Below are positions 44,437 to 57,557 of a stretch of 64,000 nucleotides of DNA, piece by piece. The position numbers were made by a program, and so were the translations under genes. The notes under the pieces were generated by a model. The model was not told where the DNA came from and searched no databases. It saw only the letters and a list, made by a program, of their open reading frames with translations. Position 1 is the first letter of the stretch; the number at the start of each line of letters is the position of its first letter. The DNA comes from the human T2T-CHM13v2.0 reference genome, Homo sapiens, in NCBI RefSeq assembly GCF_009914755.1, contig NC_060929.1. One strand, 5' to 3'.

Positions 44437-44868
44437 TGTTAAAATTAAAACTTAAGCCAAATTAAATTAATCAGAACGTAACTGATCAAAGAACAATTAA
44501 CAAATTAAGCACCATCCCCCGCTACACTATTCCAACCAGAATAGGTTCAGAATAACTCCATTGGTGCCACATAGAGAGGATTTATGGACAGAAAGAGAAA
44601 AGGATTCATGGACAGAAAGAGGAAAGTGAGGTACAGAAAACAAAATAGGTCAGCATTTGTCTTATTTGAACACAGTTTGCAGTTGGCTGCCTGTGAGTGG
44701 TTGAACTATGGCTGCTGTGATTGGCTGAGACTTAGCTACTTGTTATAAGTGTAGGTTACAGTCCGTTTACACATCCGATTGGACTATGATTCACTATGTA
44801 CAGAGAAACCTTTAGGCTGAACCTAAAATATGGAAGGAGGCAGCTGTAGATTAAACTTAATTTTAACA
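44437..44868 (-). mobile_element. ERV1 solo LTR (MER57-like) with an internal 24-bp duplication near 44578-44625
   Basis: Reverse complement starts TGTTAAAATTAAGTTTAATCTACAGCTGCCTCCTT...CCTAAAGGTTTCTC; TGTTAA/TTAACA inverted ends. Confidence 0.75.
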
Positions 44869-47269
44869 TAAGTAAACTTAAAATGGCAGGCACTTCTATT
44901 GCTTTAAGATTTTTCTTTCTTTCATAAATGGATGCCTTTCTTCTACATCTTCATGCTGCACTTACTGAGCAGCATTTGAAAGGATTGGCACCAGTGTAAG
45001 GAAAGCTTCACAGGCTGAAGATAAATCACTTCTCTTATATCTCTTCTATTTCTCTTATACCTGCAAGTCCAAAACTACAAGTTCTCTTACACCCAATGTT
45101 GTGTTGCTTATGTGCTGCTTAGATTGGAGTTTGTTAAGGGAACTTGGACATACCATATCTAAGAAACCAAGCTTTGTATGACTTACCTATCTGGAGTAAC
45201 TAGATCACATAGATATGTTTGGATTTCTAAGTGAAATGTTTATTTTCAGAATACATCTTCTTTCAAATTAACCTCAGCTATTATTAAATTAAAATTTGTC
45301 AGTTTTTAAAACTTCTCTCTGTGTATAGTTTTTGATTGCATTTTTATATCTTTTGCAATTTAAAATTTGTTGCATAATTTAAATAAAGTAACATGTAAAA
45401 CCTAAAATATACAGTTAATTAGTTTTGGCAATTACAGTCCCATAACCAACACTAATATCAAAATTTCCTCACATCCCTCAATCTCTCTCTAAAGACAACC
45501 AAGTTTGTTTTCTTCTATTAGAGACTTTTTTTCAACTTTTATTTTAGAGTAGGGTGTACATGAGCAGTTTTGTAACAAAGGTATGTTGCATGATGCTGAG
45601 GTTTGTGGTACGAACAAATCTGTAACCCAGGTACTGAGTGTGGTACCCAATAAGCAGTTTTTTTCAACCCTTGCTCCCTTTCTTCCTCCTCTGTCTTAAA
45701 TTCCCCAGTGTCTATTGTTCCCATTTTTATGATGATGAGTACCCAGTGTTTTAGCTCCCACTAACAAGTGAGAATATACAGTATTTGGTTTTCTATTTCT
45801 GCGTTAGTTCACTTAGGGTAATCGTTTCCAGCTGCAACCATGTTGCTGTGAGGGACATGATTTTGGTCTTTTTATGGCTGTGTAGTATTCCATTCTGTAT
45901 ATGTATAATATTTTCTTTATCCAATCCACTGTTGATGTGCACATTGGTTGATTCCATGTCTTTGACACATTGAACACTGCTTTGTTGAACATGTAAGTAC
46001 ATGCGTATTTTTGGTAGAACAATTTATTTTCCTTTGGGCATATACCCAGTAGTTGGATTGCTGGATCAAATGGTAGTTCAACTCTTAGTTCTTTGAGAAA
46101 TCTCCAAACTGCTCTCCACAGCGGCTGAACTAATTTACATTCCTACCAACACTGTATGTGTTCCCTTTTCTATGTAGCCTCACCAATATCTGTTGTTTTT
46201 TTGAGTTTTTAACAAAAGTCATTCTGACAGGTGTGAGATGACATCACACTGTGATTTTGATTTGCATTTCTCTGATGATTAGTGATGATGAGCATTTTTT
46301 CATGTTTGTTTTTCTCTTGTACGTCTTCTTTTGAGAAGTGTCTGTTCATGTCCTTAGCCTACTTTTTAATGTTTGTTGTTGTTGTTGTTTACTTGTTGAT
46401 TTAAGTTCCTTATAGATTCTGGATAATATATCTTTGTCAGATGCTTAGTTTGCAAATATATTCTCCTATTCTGTAGGTTGTCTATTTTCTCCCTTGATAG
46501 TTTCTTTTGCTGTGCAGAAGCTCTTCAGTTTAATTAGATGTTATTTGTCAATTTTTGTTTATGTTGCAGTTGCTTTAGAGGACTTAGCCATAACTTCTTT
46601 GCCAAGGGCAACGTCAAGAAGGGTATTTTCTAGGTTTTCTTCTAGGATGTTTATAATTTGAAGTCTTGCATTTAAGTCTTTAATCCATCTTAAGTTGATT
46701 TTTTGTACATTGTAAGAGGTAGGAGTCCAGTTTCATTATTCTGTATATGGATAGCCAGTTATTCCAGCATGATTTATTTAATAAGGAGTCTTTTCCCCGT
46801 TGCCTATCTTTGTCATTGTTGTCAGAGATCTGCTGGTTTTACCTGTGTGGCTTTATTTCTGGGCTTTCTATTCTGTTTCATTGATTTATATGTCTGTTTT
46901 TGTACTAGTACTATGATGTTTTGATTATTGTAGCCCTGTATTATACTTTGAAGTTGGATAACGTGATGCCACCAGCTTTGTTCTTTTTGCTTAGAAATGC
47001 TTTGGCTACTTCGTCTCTTTTTGGTTCTATTAATTTTAGAAGATTTTTTTAATTACATGAAGAATGACATTAGTAATTTGATAGTAATAGCATCAAATAT
47101 GTAGATTGCTTTGGGCAGCATGACCATTTTAATGATGCTCATTCTTCCAATCCATAAGCATGGGATGTTTTTCTATTTATTTGTTCCTTCTCTGATTTAT
47201 TTTAACCCTATTTTGTAATTCTCTTTACAGAGATCTTTAACATCCTTTAACAGCTAGCCGTATTCCTAG

Positions 47270-47310
<41 letters not shown>

Positions 47311-47380
47311 TACTGTAAATGAGATTACATTCTTAACTTGGCACTCAGCTTCAATATTTTTGATGTATAAATATGCTACT

Positions 47381-48294
47381 GTTCATATTCTTTGCCCACT
47401 TTTTGATGGGGTTGTTTTTTTCTTGTAAATTTGTTTAAGGTCCTTGTAGATTCTGCATATTAGCCCTTTTTTAGATGGATAGATTACAACAGACACTTCT
47501 CAAAAGAAGACATTTATGTGGCCAAAAACATATGAATAAAAGCTCATCATCACTGGTCATTACAGAAATGCAAATCAAAACCACAATGAAATACCATCTC
47601 ATGCCAGTTAGAATGATGATCATTAAAAAGTCAGGAAACAACAGATGCTGGAGAGAATGTGGAGAAACAGGAACCCTTTTACACTGTTGGTGGGAGTGTA
47701 AATTAGTTTAACCATTGTGGAAGACAGTGTGGTGATTCCTCAAGGATCTAGAACCAGAAATACCATTTGACCCAGCAACCCCATTACTGGCTATACACAA
47801 AAAGGATTATAAATCATTTTACTATAAAGACACATGAACATGTACGTTTATTGCAGCACTATTCACAATAGCAAAGACTTGGAAGCAACCCAAATGCCCA
47901 TCAATGATAGACTGGATAAAGAAAATGTGGCACATACACACCGTGGAATACTATGCAGCCATAAAAAAGAATGAGTTTATGTCCTTTGCAAGGACATGGA
48001 TGAAGTTGGAAACCATCATTCTCATTAAACTAACACAGGAACAGAAAATCAAACACTGCATGTTCTCACTTATAAGTGGGAGTTGAACAATGAGAACACA
48101 TGGGCACAAGGAAGAGAACATCACACACTGGGGCTTGTGGGGGTGTGGGGGGGCAGGGGGAGGGATAGCATTGGGAGAAATACTTAATGTAGATGACGGG
48201 TTGATGGGTACAGCAAACCACCATGACACATGTGTACCTATGTAACAAAATCAGCACGTTCTATACACGTATCCCAAAACTTAAAGTATAATTT
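47381..48294 (+). mobile_element. 5'-inverted truncated L1 (L1PA7/8-like)
   Basis: About 108 bp antisense (47381-47488), then sense ORF2 end and 3'UTR; TSD AAA(T/A)ATGCTACT at 47369-47380 and 48295-48306. Confidence 0.9.
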
Positions 48295-49048
48295 AAAAAT
48301 GCTACTCATTTTTACACATTGATTTTGTATCATGAAACTTTACTGTAGTAGTTTAGCAGCTCTAGAAGCCTTTTGATGGACTCCTCTGTGTTTTCTAGAT
48401 ATAGAATCATATCGTCAGTGAAGAGAGATAGTTTGACTTCTTTTCCTATGTGGATGCCTTTTATTTCCTTCTCTTGCCTGATTTCTCTGGCTAGCACTTC
48501 CTGTACTATGTTGAATAACAGTGGTGAGAGTGGGCATCCTTGTCTTGTTCCAATGCTCAAGGGGCATGTTTCCAGCTTTTGTTCATTCAGTATGATGTTG
48601 GCTGTGGGTTTTTCATAGATGGCTCATATAATTATGAGGTATGTTCCTTTGATATCTAGTTTATTGAGGATTTTTATCATACAAGGATGTTGGATTTTAT
48701 TGAAAACTTTTTCTGGGTTTATTTGGATAATCATATGGTTTTTGTCTTAAATTCTGTATATATGGGGAATTACAATTGTTGATTTGCATATGTTGAACCA
48801 ACTTTGAATCATAGGAATGTTGCCTATTTGATCATGGTATGCTGCTGGATTTGGTTTGCTAATATTTTGTTAAGAATTTTTGCATCTATGCTTATCGGTG
48901 ATACTGGTCTAAAGTTTCCTTTTTATGTTGTGTGTCTTCCAGCTTTTGTTATCAGGATGATGCTGCCTTCACATAATGTTAGGAGGGAGTCTCTCCTCCT
49001 CTATTTTTTGGAATAGTGTCAGTAGGATTTATACTAGCTCTTCTGTGA

Positions 49049-49334
49049 TTTTTTTTTAAGACAGACTCTTGCTGTGTCACACAGGGTGGAGTGCAATGGC
49101 ACAATCAGGGCTCACTGTAGCCTTGACCTCCTGGATCCAAGCAATCTTCCTGCCTTAACCTCCTAAGTATCTGAGACTACAGGTACTTGTGCCACCATGC
49201 CCAACTGATTTTTAATTGTTTTTTATAGAGACACGGTTTCAATGTATTGCCAAGACTAGTCTTGAAGTACTGGGCTCAAGCAATCCTCCAGCCTTAACCT
49301 CCAAAAGGGTTGGCATGAGCCAGTATGCTTGGCC
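49049..49334 (-). mobile_element. AluJ-like SINE
   Basis: Diverged antisense Alu with GGGCTCAAGCAATCC. Confidence 0.88.
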
Positions 49335-49597
49335 TACAGCTCTTCTTTGTATGTGTGGTAGAATTTGGCTGTGAGTCTGTCTGGTTTGGGGCTTTTTTTG
49401 GTTGGTTTGTGTTTTATTACTGATTCCATTTTGGAACTTGTTATTGATCTGTTAAGGTTTTTAATTTCTTCCTGATTCAATCTTGGGAATTTGTGTGTCT
49501 CCAGGAATTTTTCCATTTCTTCTAGATTTCCTGGTTTGTGTGCATAGAAGTGTGCAAAATAATCTCTGAAAATCTTTTGTATTTCTGTTGGATTGTC

Positions 49598-50345
49598 AAA
49601 GACAACTAAGCTTCTAATGTCTATCCCCATATATTAGTTTTGCTTGATTCAGAACCTCATACAAATATAAGGTAAATACGTTTTTTGTTTGATTAAAAGA
49701 GTCCTCAGCATCATGCTTGTGAGAATAGTGTGTCTCAGTAGTTGAATAAATTTTTATTTCATTAATATACCATAATTTGTTAAATCATTTCCTGCTTATG
49801 AACATTTACTTGGTTTTCAGTTTGTGACTTGGATCAACAAAGCTACTATGAACAATGTTTTTCCAATCTATATGTAATCATATGGTTTTATTTCTCTCAG
49901 GGGAATACCTATCAGTAAAATTGAAGGGTCATGGGCAAATACATATTTAAATTTAAAATAAACTAAAAGTTTTCCAAAGTATATGTGCCATTTTATACTT
50001 CTATAAATAAAGGTTCAGAGTTTCATTCCACACCCTTGCCAATATTTTGCTTTTTCATTTCTTTCAATTTTAGTTATTCATTTGGTTTTAATTTGTATTT
50101 CATTAAATATCTAATGATGTTGAACACATTTATTTGCTTATTTGTCATGTGTAATATGTCTTTATTAAAAATTTATTCAAAATTTTTCACCAAACTGTAT
50201 TATTATTTGTATTTTTATTACTGAGTTGTTAAAATTTTTTATATAATTTGGATACAAGTTTATTTTCAGAAATCTGTACTGTGGATATTTTCTACCAGTA
50301 TGTTGCTTGAGTGCTCATGGTTTGTAGTGTCTGATGTGTAGAAAT
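49598..50345 (-). mobile_element. Old L1ME-like host fragment (probably continuous with about 45340-45500 and 53860-54390)
   Basis: Antisense L1 3' motifs 'aaagctactatgaaca' and 'tttccaaagtatatgtgccattttatactt'. Confidence 0.6.
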
Positions 50346-51820
50346 TATGGAGACCAGAAAATAGTAAAAAACATTTTTAGACTGCTGACATAAAAGAACT
50401 ATCAATATAGAATTCTATATATAACAAAAACATTCTACAGAAATAAAGGCAAAATTAAGATAGTTTCAGATGAAGAAAAATTACGAGAAGTTGTTGCCAA
50501 CAGACTCGTTCTACAAGAAATGCTAAAGTAAGTTCTTCAGGCTAAAGGCAAAAATAAAGGGGGAAACTTGAGTTTTTGCAAATAAAGGAAGAAAGCCAGA
50601 AAAGTTAAATAATTGGGTAAATACAAAAGATTATTTTCCCCTGAAATACTTTAAAATACATATAATTGTTTAAAGCAAAAATTACAATGCTGTCATCTGG
50701 AATTTTCAACATATGTCAATGTAATAAATATGACAACTGAAGTGTAAAGTTCAGTGATAAGGGAAATTAAAAAAAAAGCTATGTGAATTGAAGATTTCTA
50801 CATTTTATATTAAGTGTTATAATATTAACTAATGATATTAAATAGGTTATAATTAATTAGATATGTGTATAGTTATCCTTATAGCACTCATTAAAAAAAT
50901 TAAAAATATAGAAAGACTAAAATCTAGTAGATACCACCAAACAACAGTACAGGGCACTTTCTTCTCAAGTGCACATGAAATATTCTATAGAATAGTCTGT
51001 GTGCTTGGCCATAAGACAAGCCTTAATAAATTAGAAAGAATTAAAATCTTATAAGGTGTTTTCTCTGACTGTAACAGAATTAAATTAGAAACCAATGAGA
51101 AAAGAAAACTTGGAAAATTCACAAATGTGTGCAAATTAAACAACACACTACTAAATAACCAGAGGGTTAATAAAGAAAACCAAAGAAAAATTAGAAAATA
51201 TTTTGAAATGAAAGAAAACAAAAATACAATATACAAAACTTATGAAATGTAACAAAGCCAGTGTTTAAAGGAAAATTTATACCTATAAATGACTGTGTGT
51301 TTTAAAAAGAAAGTTCTCACATCAACACCCTAGACTTCCACCTTAAGAAACTAGAAAAAGAAGAGTAATCTACACCTAAAGCACAAATAAAAGATTGGAG
51401 TGAAAATTAATGAGAGAATGGAAACAATGGAAAACACAAAAGCAAAAGTTGGCTCATTGAAAAATATCAACAAAATTGCCAAACCATTAGCTACACTGAC
51501 CAAGAACAACAGCCAAAAAAACATGAATAACTAAAATCAAAAATGAAAGAAGAGACTCTTCTCCCAAGCTAAGAAAAATATAAAGGATTTTAAAGGAAGA
51601 CTGAGTAATTGTATGCCAACAAATTAGAAAATGTAGATGAAATGAACAAATTCCTACAAAAAAAGAAATGCCAAAATTGACTCAAAACGAAATAGGAAAT
51701 TTAAATAAAATTATAACAAGTAAAGAAATTGAGTTACTAATCCAAAAATTCTCCACAAAGGAAAATTCAGATCCAGATGGCTTTACTGACAAAAGACTAC
51801 CAAATGTTCAACGTAGACTT

Positions 51821-52124
51821 GGCCACAGGTGATAGCTCATGCCTATAATCCCAGCATTTTGGGAGGCCATGACAGGAGGATTGCTTGAGCTCATGAGTTT
51901 GAGACAAGATGGCGAAACCCTGTCTCTACAAAAGATACCAAAAGCCAGGCATAGTGTTGCATGCCTGTAGTCCCAGCTAGTCAGGAGGCTGAGATGGGAG
52001 GATGCCTTGAGCCTGGGAGGAGGAGGTTGCAGTGCATGGAAGTGGAGATGGCACCACTGCACTCTGGCCTGGGCAATAGAGCCAGGCTTTGTCTCAACAA
52101 ATTAATAACTAATAAATAAATAAA
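51821..52124 (+). mobile_element. AluJ-like SINE
   Basis: GGAGGATTGCTTGAGC; TSD GTAGACTT at 51813-51820 and 52125-52132. Confidence 0.88.
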
Positions 52125-52251
52125 GTAGACTTAACCCCAATCATTGGCAAACTCCTCCAAAAAATAGAAAAGATAACATTGACAACTCATTCTATGAGGC
52201 CAGCATTACCCTGATCCTCATACCAAAGACATCATAAGAAAAGAAAACAAC

Positions 52252-52616
52252 CATGGAATACTATGCAGCCATAAAAAATGATGAGTTCATATCCTTTGTA
52301 GGGACATGGATGAAATTGGAAACCATCATTCTCAGTAAACTATCGCAAGAACAAAAAACCAAACACCACATATTCTCACTCATAGGTGGGAATTGAACAA
52401 TGAGATCACATGGACACAGGAAGGGGAATATCACACTCTGGGGACTGTGGTGGGGTCGGGGGAGGGGGGAGGGATAGCATTGGGAGATATACCTAATGCT
52501 AGATGACACATTAGTGGGTGCAGCGCACCAGCATGGCACATGTATACATATGTAACTAACCTGCACAATGTGCACATGTACCCTAAAACTTAGAGTATAA
52601 TAAAAAAAAAAAAAAA
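52252..52616 (+). mobile_element. L1HS-Ta, 5'-truncated (about 365 bp)
   Basis: GATGACACATTAG (ACA at 52508-52510) and CTTAGAGTATAAT (G at 52593); pure poly(A); perfect 16-bp TSD AAGAAAAGAAAACAAC at 52236-52251 and 52617-52632. Confidence 0.93.
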
Positions 52617-53198
52617 AAGAAAAGAAAACAACAAAACAATATGCCTTGTGAAAAGACCATCCCCCAAAAAAAGTCATAAACATAATACTAGAAAACTGAA
52701 CTGAACAACATATAAAAAGTATTATATAAAATGATCAAGTGATATTTACCTCAAAAATGCAAGGTTAGCTCAATGTATGAAAGTCAAACCATGTAATATA
52801 CCATATTAATGGAATAAAGGACAAAAACCATATGATCATGTCAATATACACATAAAAAGCATTTGACAAATCAACACCTATTCCTGACAAAAGCACTCAA
52901 CAAACTAGGAATAGAAGGAAACTTGCTCAACCTGATAACGACCATCTATTCTAAACCCATAGTTAACCACACTAAATGGTGAAAGACTGAATGCTTATGC
53001 CCACCAAGAACAAGACAAGGACGTCTGCTCTCACCATTTATAAAACATTCTACTGGAAATTCTAGCCAGGGCAATTAGGTAAGAAGAAAAAATAAAAGGC
53101 ATACAGTTTTGAAAGAAAAAATAAAACTATCTCTGTGTAGATTATGTACAGATTACATAAGCTTGTACCTAGAAACTTCTAATGCATCAACATACATG

Positions 53199-53233
<35 letters not shown>

Positions 53234-54919
53234 CTATTAGAAGTAATAAACAAATTCAGGATTCCTCATCAATACAAAGAGATTAGTTATATTTCTATAT
53301 ATTAGCAATGAACAATAAAAAATGAATTTAATAAAATAATACTTTTTACAATAGTATCATAAACAATAAACTACTTAGGGTATATTTAACAAAAGAAGTA
53401 TAATTCTTGTACATTAAAAACTAGAAAACAATGATGAAAGAAATTAAAGAAGATCTTACTAAGTGAAAAGACATTCCATGTTCATGGGTAGGAAGACAAT
53501 ATTGTTAAGATGTTAGTTACCAAAAAATGACCTACAGATTCAATACAATCCCTACAAAAAATTTAACAGCTTTTTATTTATTTATTTTTTTACTGTAGTG
53601 GGACAGCCTATTCTCAAATTCATATGAAACAGCAAAAAACCTTAAACAGCTAAAACATTCTTGAAAAAGAAGAACAAAGTAGGATTCACACTTCTATTTC
53701 AAAACTTATTACAAAGAAACAGTAACCAAGGCATGTTATTGGCATAAAAATAGATATATAGATCCACGGAACAGAATCAAGAGTTCAGAAATAAACCAAC
53801 ACATTCATGTTGGAATGTTGAAAATCAATTTTCAACATAGACGCCAAGACAATTCACTTAATACAAATTAAGTGGTTTTAAAAATCATTTATAGAACTGC
53901 CCATATTTTAAAGTTCTTCTTATACCAATATTGCAATTGTTTAGTTATATGATTTTGTGTGACAAAATTATATTGACAAATTTATCCTCATAAAGTTGTT
54001 TATTATATATCCTTGTTAAACATTTAATGGCTGGAGGATCTAAAGCTGTCCCTTCATTTATTACTGATATGGTTAATTTCTGCTTTCTTTATTTTTGCTT
54101 GATCGACTTAGATAGAGGTCTGACAATATTATTACTCTTTTTAGTGAATTAGTTTTAGGTTCTCATAATCTCTATTTTGTTGGTTTCCTTTTTCAATGGT
54201 TTTTGCTCTGATTCTTATGCTTTTTTCTTCTATTAATTTGTGTTTAATTTTCTTATCTTTTTCAATATCCTTAAGATAAATGCTTAGATCATTAGTTTTA
54301 TCAGTTTTTTCTAACAGTGATTTCTGCTTTAACATAAACCCACACATTTTGATACACTATGTTTTTATTTTAATTCATTATTTTTTATCTGATTCTTATC
54401 ACTTTCCACACATTCAGAGAAGTACTGTGCTTTGTTCTTTACAGTTAAGGAAACCCAATTTAAGAGGGGTGGAAGGACTAGCCTAAGAACCAGTAACTAT
54501 GAATTCACAGACCCAGGAGTTGAGCCCAGGCCTTTGCAGAACAAGCACCCTTCTACCAAGTAGAATAAGGCTTTTGGTGTTTTAGTCATGAAGTCAAGTT
54601 GCCTCTTGACTGTGCAGAACCATTTTAATCTCTGAATGAACAAGACATTTTGACATTTACTTACAGTAGTCATTAAAAGAAAGTGCATAGGCAGTGACCA
54701 TCAAGGGCTCTGAACCATCTGTTCTGCTTGAATTTGAAACTAGGTGTCTCTCTAGAGAAAAATCAGAGAAAGGGCTGTCGCTTTTCTTGTTCTCATTCAG
54801 TTAGAGTATTTCACAAAATTCAAAAGAAGATAATACAGACAACACAACTGGTACAATCACACTAAGTAGCATTAACATCCTAAATCAGAAGCATAAAAAG
54901 GCAAAGAAGGTGCTTTTTA

Positions 54920-57557
54920 AAATTTTTTTTGTATTATGATATTTTAAGTTCTGGGATACATGTACAGAACGTGCAGGGTTGTTACACAGGTATATACGTG
55001 CCATAGTGGTTTGCTGCACCCGTCAACCCATCATCTACATTAAGTATTTCTCCTAATGCGATCCCACCTCTTTCCCCTACTCCCAACAGGCCCCAGTGTG
55101 TGATGTTCCCCTCCCTGTGTCCATGTGTTCTCATTGTTCAACTCCCACTTATGAGTGAGAAGATGCAGTGTTTGGTTTTCTGTTCCTGTGTTGGCTGCTG
55201 AGAATGATGGTTTCCAACTTCATCCATGTCCCTACAAAGGACATGAACTCATTCTTTTTTATGGCTGCACAGTATTCCATAGTGTATATGTGCCATATTT
55301 TCTTTACCCAGTCTATTATTGATGGGCATTTGGGTTGGCTCCAAGTCTCTGCTATTGTGAATAGTGCTGCAATAAACATACGTGTGCATGTGTCTTTATA
55401 GTAGAATGATTTATAATCATTTGGATATATACCCAGTAATGGAGTTGCTGGGTCAAATGGTATTTCTAGTTCTAGATCCTCGAGGAATCGCCACACTGTC
55501 TTCCACAATGGTTGAAAAAATTTACAATCCCACCAACAGTGTAAAAGCATTCCTCTTTCTCACATGCTCTCCAGCAACTGTTGTTTCCTGACTTTTTAAT
55601 GATCGCTATTCTAACTGGCATGAGATGGTATCTCATTGTGATTTTGATTTGTATTTCTCTAATGACCAGTGATGATGAGCTTTTTTTCATATGTATGTTG
55701 GCTGCATAAATGTCTTCTTTTGAAAACTGTCTGTTCATATCCTTCACCCACTTTTTGATGGGTTTTTTTTTTCTTGTAAATTTGTTTAAGTTCCTTGTAG
55801 TTACTGGATATCAACCCTTTGTCAGACGGATAGATTGCAAAAATTTTTGGCTGGGTGCAGTGGCTCACACCTCTAATCCCAGAACTTTGGGAGGCCAAGG
55901 CAGGCAGATCACGGGGTTAGGAGATCGAGACTATCCTGGCTAACACGGTGAAACCCCGTTTCTACTAAAAAAAATACAAAAAATTAACCGGCGTGGTGGC
56001 AGGCCCCTGTAGTCCCAGCTACTCAGGAGGCTGAGGCAGGATAATGGAGTGCATCACTGCACCCAGTCTGGGCAACAGAGCAAGACTCCATCTCAAAAAA
56101 AAAAAAAAATTCTCCCATTCTGTAGGTTACCTTTTCACTCTGATTATAGTTTCTTTTGCTGTTCAGAAGTTCTTTAGTTTAATTAGATCCCATTTGTCAA
56201 TTTTGGCTTTTGTTGCCATTGCTTTTGGTGTTTTAGTCATGAAGTCTTTGCCCATGCCTATGTCCTGAATGGTATTGCCTAGGTTTTCTTCTAGGATTTT
56301 TATGACTTTAGGACTTACATTTAAGTCTTTAATCCATCTTGAGTTAACTTTTGTATAAAGTGTAAGGAAGGGGTCCAGTTTTAGTTTTCTGCATATGGCT
56401 AGCCAGTTTTCCCAACACCATTTATTAAATAGGGAATCCAGCAGAACATCAAAAAGCTTATCCACCATGATCAAGTTGGCTTTATCACTGGGATGCAAGG
56501 CTCATTCAACATATGCAAATCAATAAATGCAATCCATCACATAAACAGAACCAATGACAAAAACCGCATGATTATCTCAATAGATGCAGAAAATTCCTTC
56601 GATAAAATTCAACACCACTTCGTGCTAAAAACTCTCAATAAACTAGATATTGATGGAACGTATCTCAAAATAATTAGAGCTATTTATGACAAACCCACAC
56701 TCAATATCATACTGAATGGGAAAAAGCTGGAAGCATTCCCTTTGAAAACTGGCACAAGACAAGAATGCCCTCTCTCACCACTCATATTCAACATAGTATG
56801 GGAAGTTCTAGTCAGGGCAATCAGCAAGAGAAAAAAATAAAGGGTATTCAAATAGGAAGAGAGGAAGTCAAATTGTCTCTGTTTGCAGATGTCATGATTT
56901 ATTTAGAAAACCCCATTGTCTCAGCCCAAAATCTCCTTAAGCTGATAAACAACTTCAGCAAAGTCTCAGGATACATAATTAAAGTGTAAAAATCGCAAGC
57001 ATTCCTATACACCAGTAACAAACAGAGTGCCAAATCATGAGTGAACTCCCGTTCACAATTCCTATGAAGATAATAAAATACCTACGAATACAACTTACAA
57101 GGGATGTGAAGGACCTCTTCAAGGAGAACTACAAACCACTGCTCAAAGAAATAAGAGAGGACACAAACAAATGGAAAAACATTCCATGCTCATGGATAGG
57201 AAGAAGCAATGTCGTGAAAATGGCCATACTGTCCAAAGTAATTTATAGATTCAATGCCATCCCCATCAAGCTACCATTGACTTTCTTCACAGAATTAGAA
57301 ATAACTACTTTAAATTTTGTATGGAACAAAAAAAGAGCCCATATAGCCAAGGCAATCCTAAGCAAAAAGAACAAAGCTGTAGGCATCACACTACCTGAGT
57401 TCAAACTATACTACAAGGCTCCAGTAATAAAAACAGCATGGTACTGCTACCAAAACAGATATATAGACCAATGGAACAGAACAGAGTCCTCAGAAATAAC
57501 ACTACACTTCTACAACCATCTGATCTTTGACAAACCTGACAAAAACAAGCAATGAGG
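54920..57557 (-). mobile_element. 5'-inverted truncated L1 (L1PA7-like) with a nested Alu
   Basis: Antisense 3' part 54920-56439 and inverted RT segment on the + strand 56434-57557; 14-bp TSD GAAGGTGCTTTTTA at 54906-54919 and 57558-57571. Confidence 0.95.
55849..56109 (+). mobile_element. AluY-like SINE with a right-arm internal deletion
   Basis: GGAGATCGAGAC.ATCCTGGCTAACACGG; jumps from ATGGAGTG to CACTGCAC near 56051. Confidence 0.9.

Larger units (their letters stand above)
45526..49597 (-). mobile_element. 5'-truncated L1 (L1PA16/17-like) with a nested L1 and AluJ
   Basis: Antisense 3'UTR and ORF2 (ORFs 48330..48560 and 49334..49630); probable TSD AAAGACAAC(C/T)AAG(T/C)TT at 45491 and 49598; (TG)n at 47273-47309. 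Confidence 0.88.
50345..53860 (+). mobile_element. Old L1M: ORF1 end and ORF2 EN/RT remnants, with nested AluJ and L1HS
   Basis: 'ttcttctcaagtgcacatgaaatattct' (FFSSAHE), 'ctcattctatgaggccagcattaccctgat' and 'aaaagcatttgacaaa'. Confidence 0.85.

Noticed and set aside
56493-57555. Plus-strand RT ORFs as a separate active L1
   Set aside because: They are the frameshifted inverted arm of the minus-strand L1, enclosed by a single TSD.
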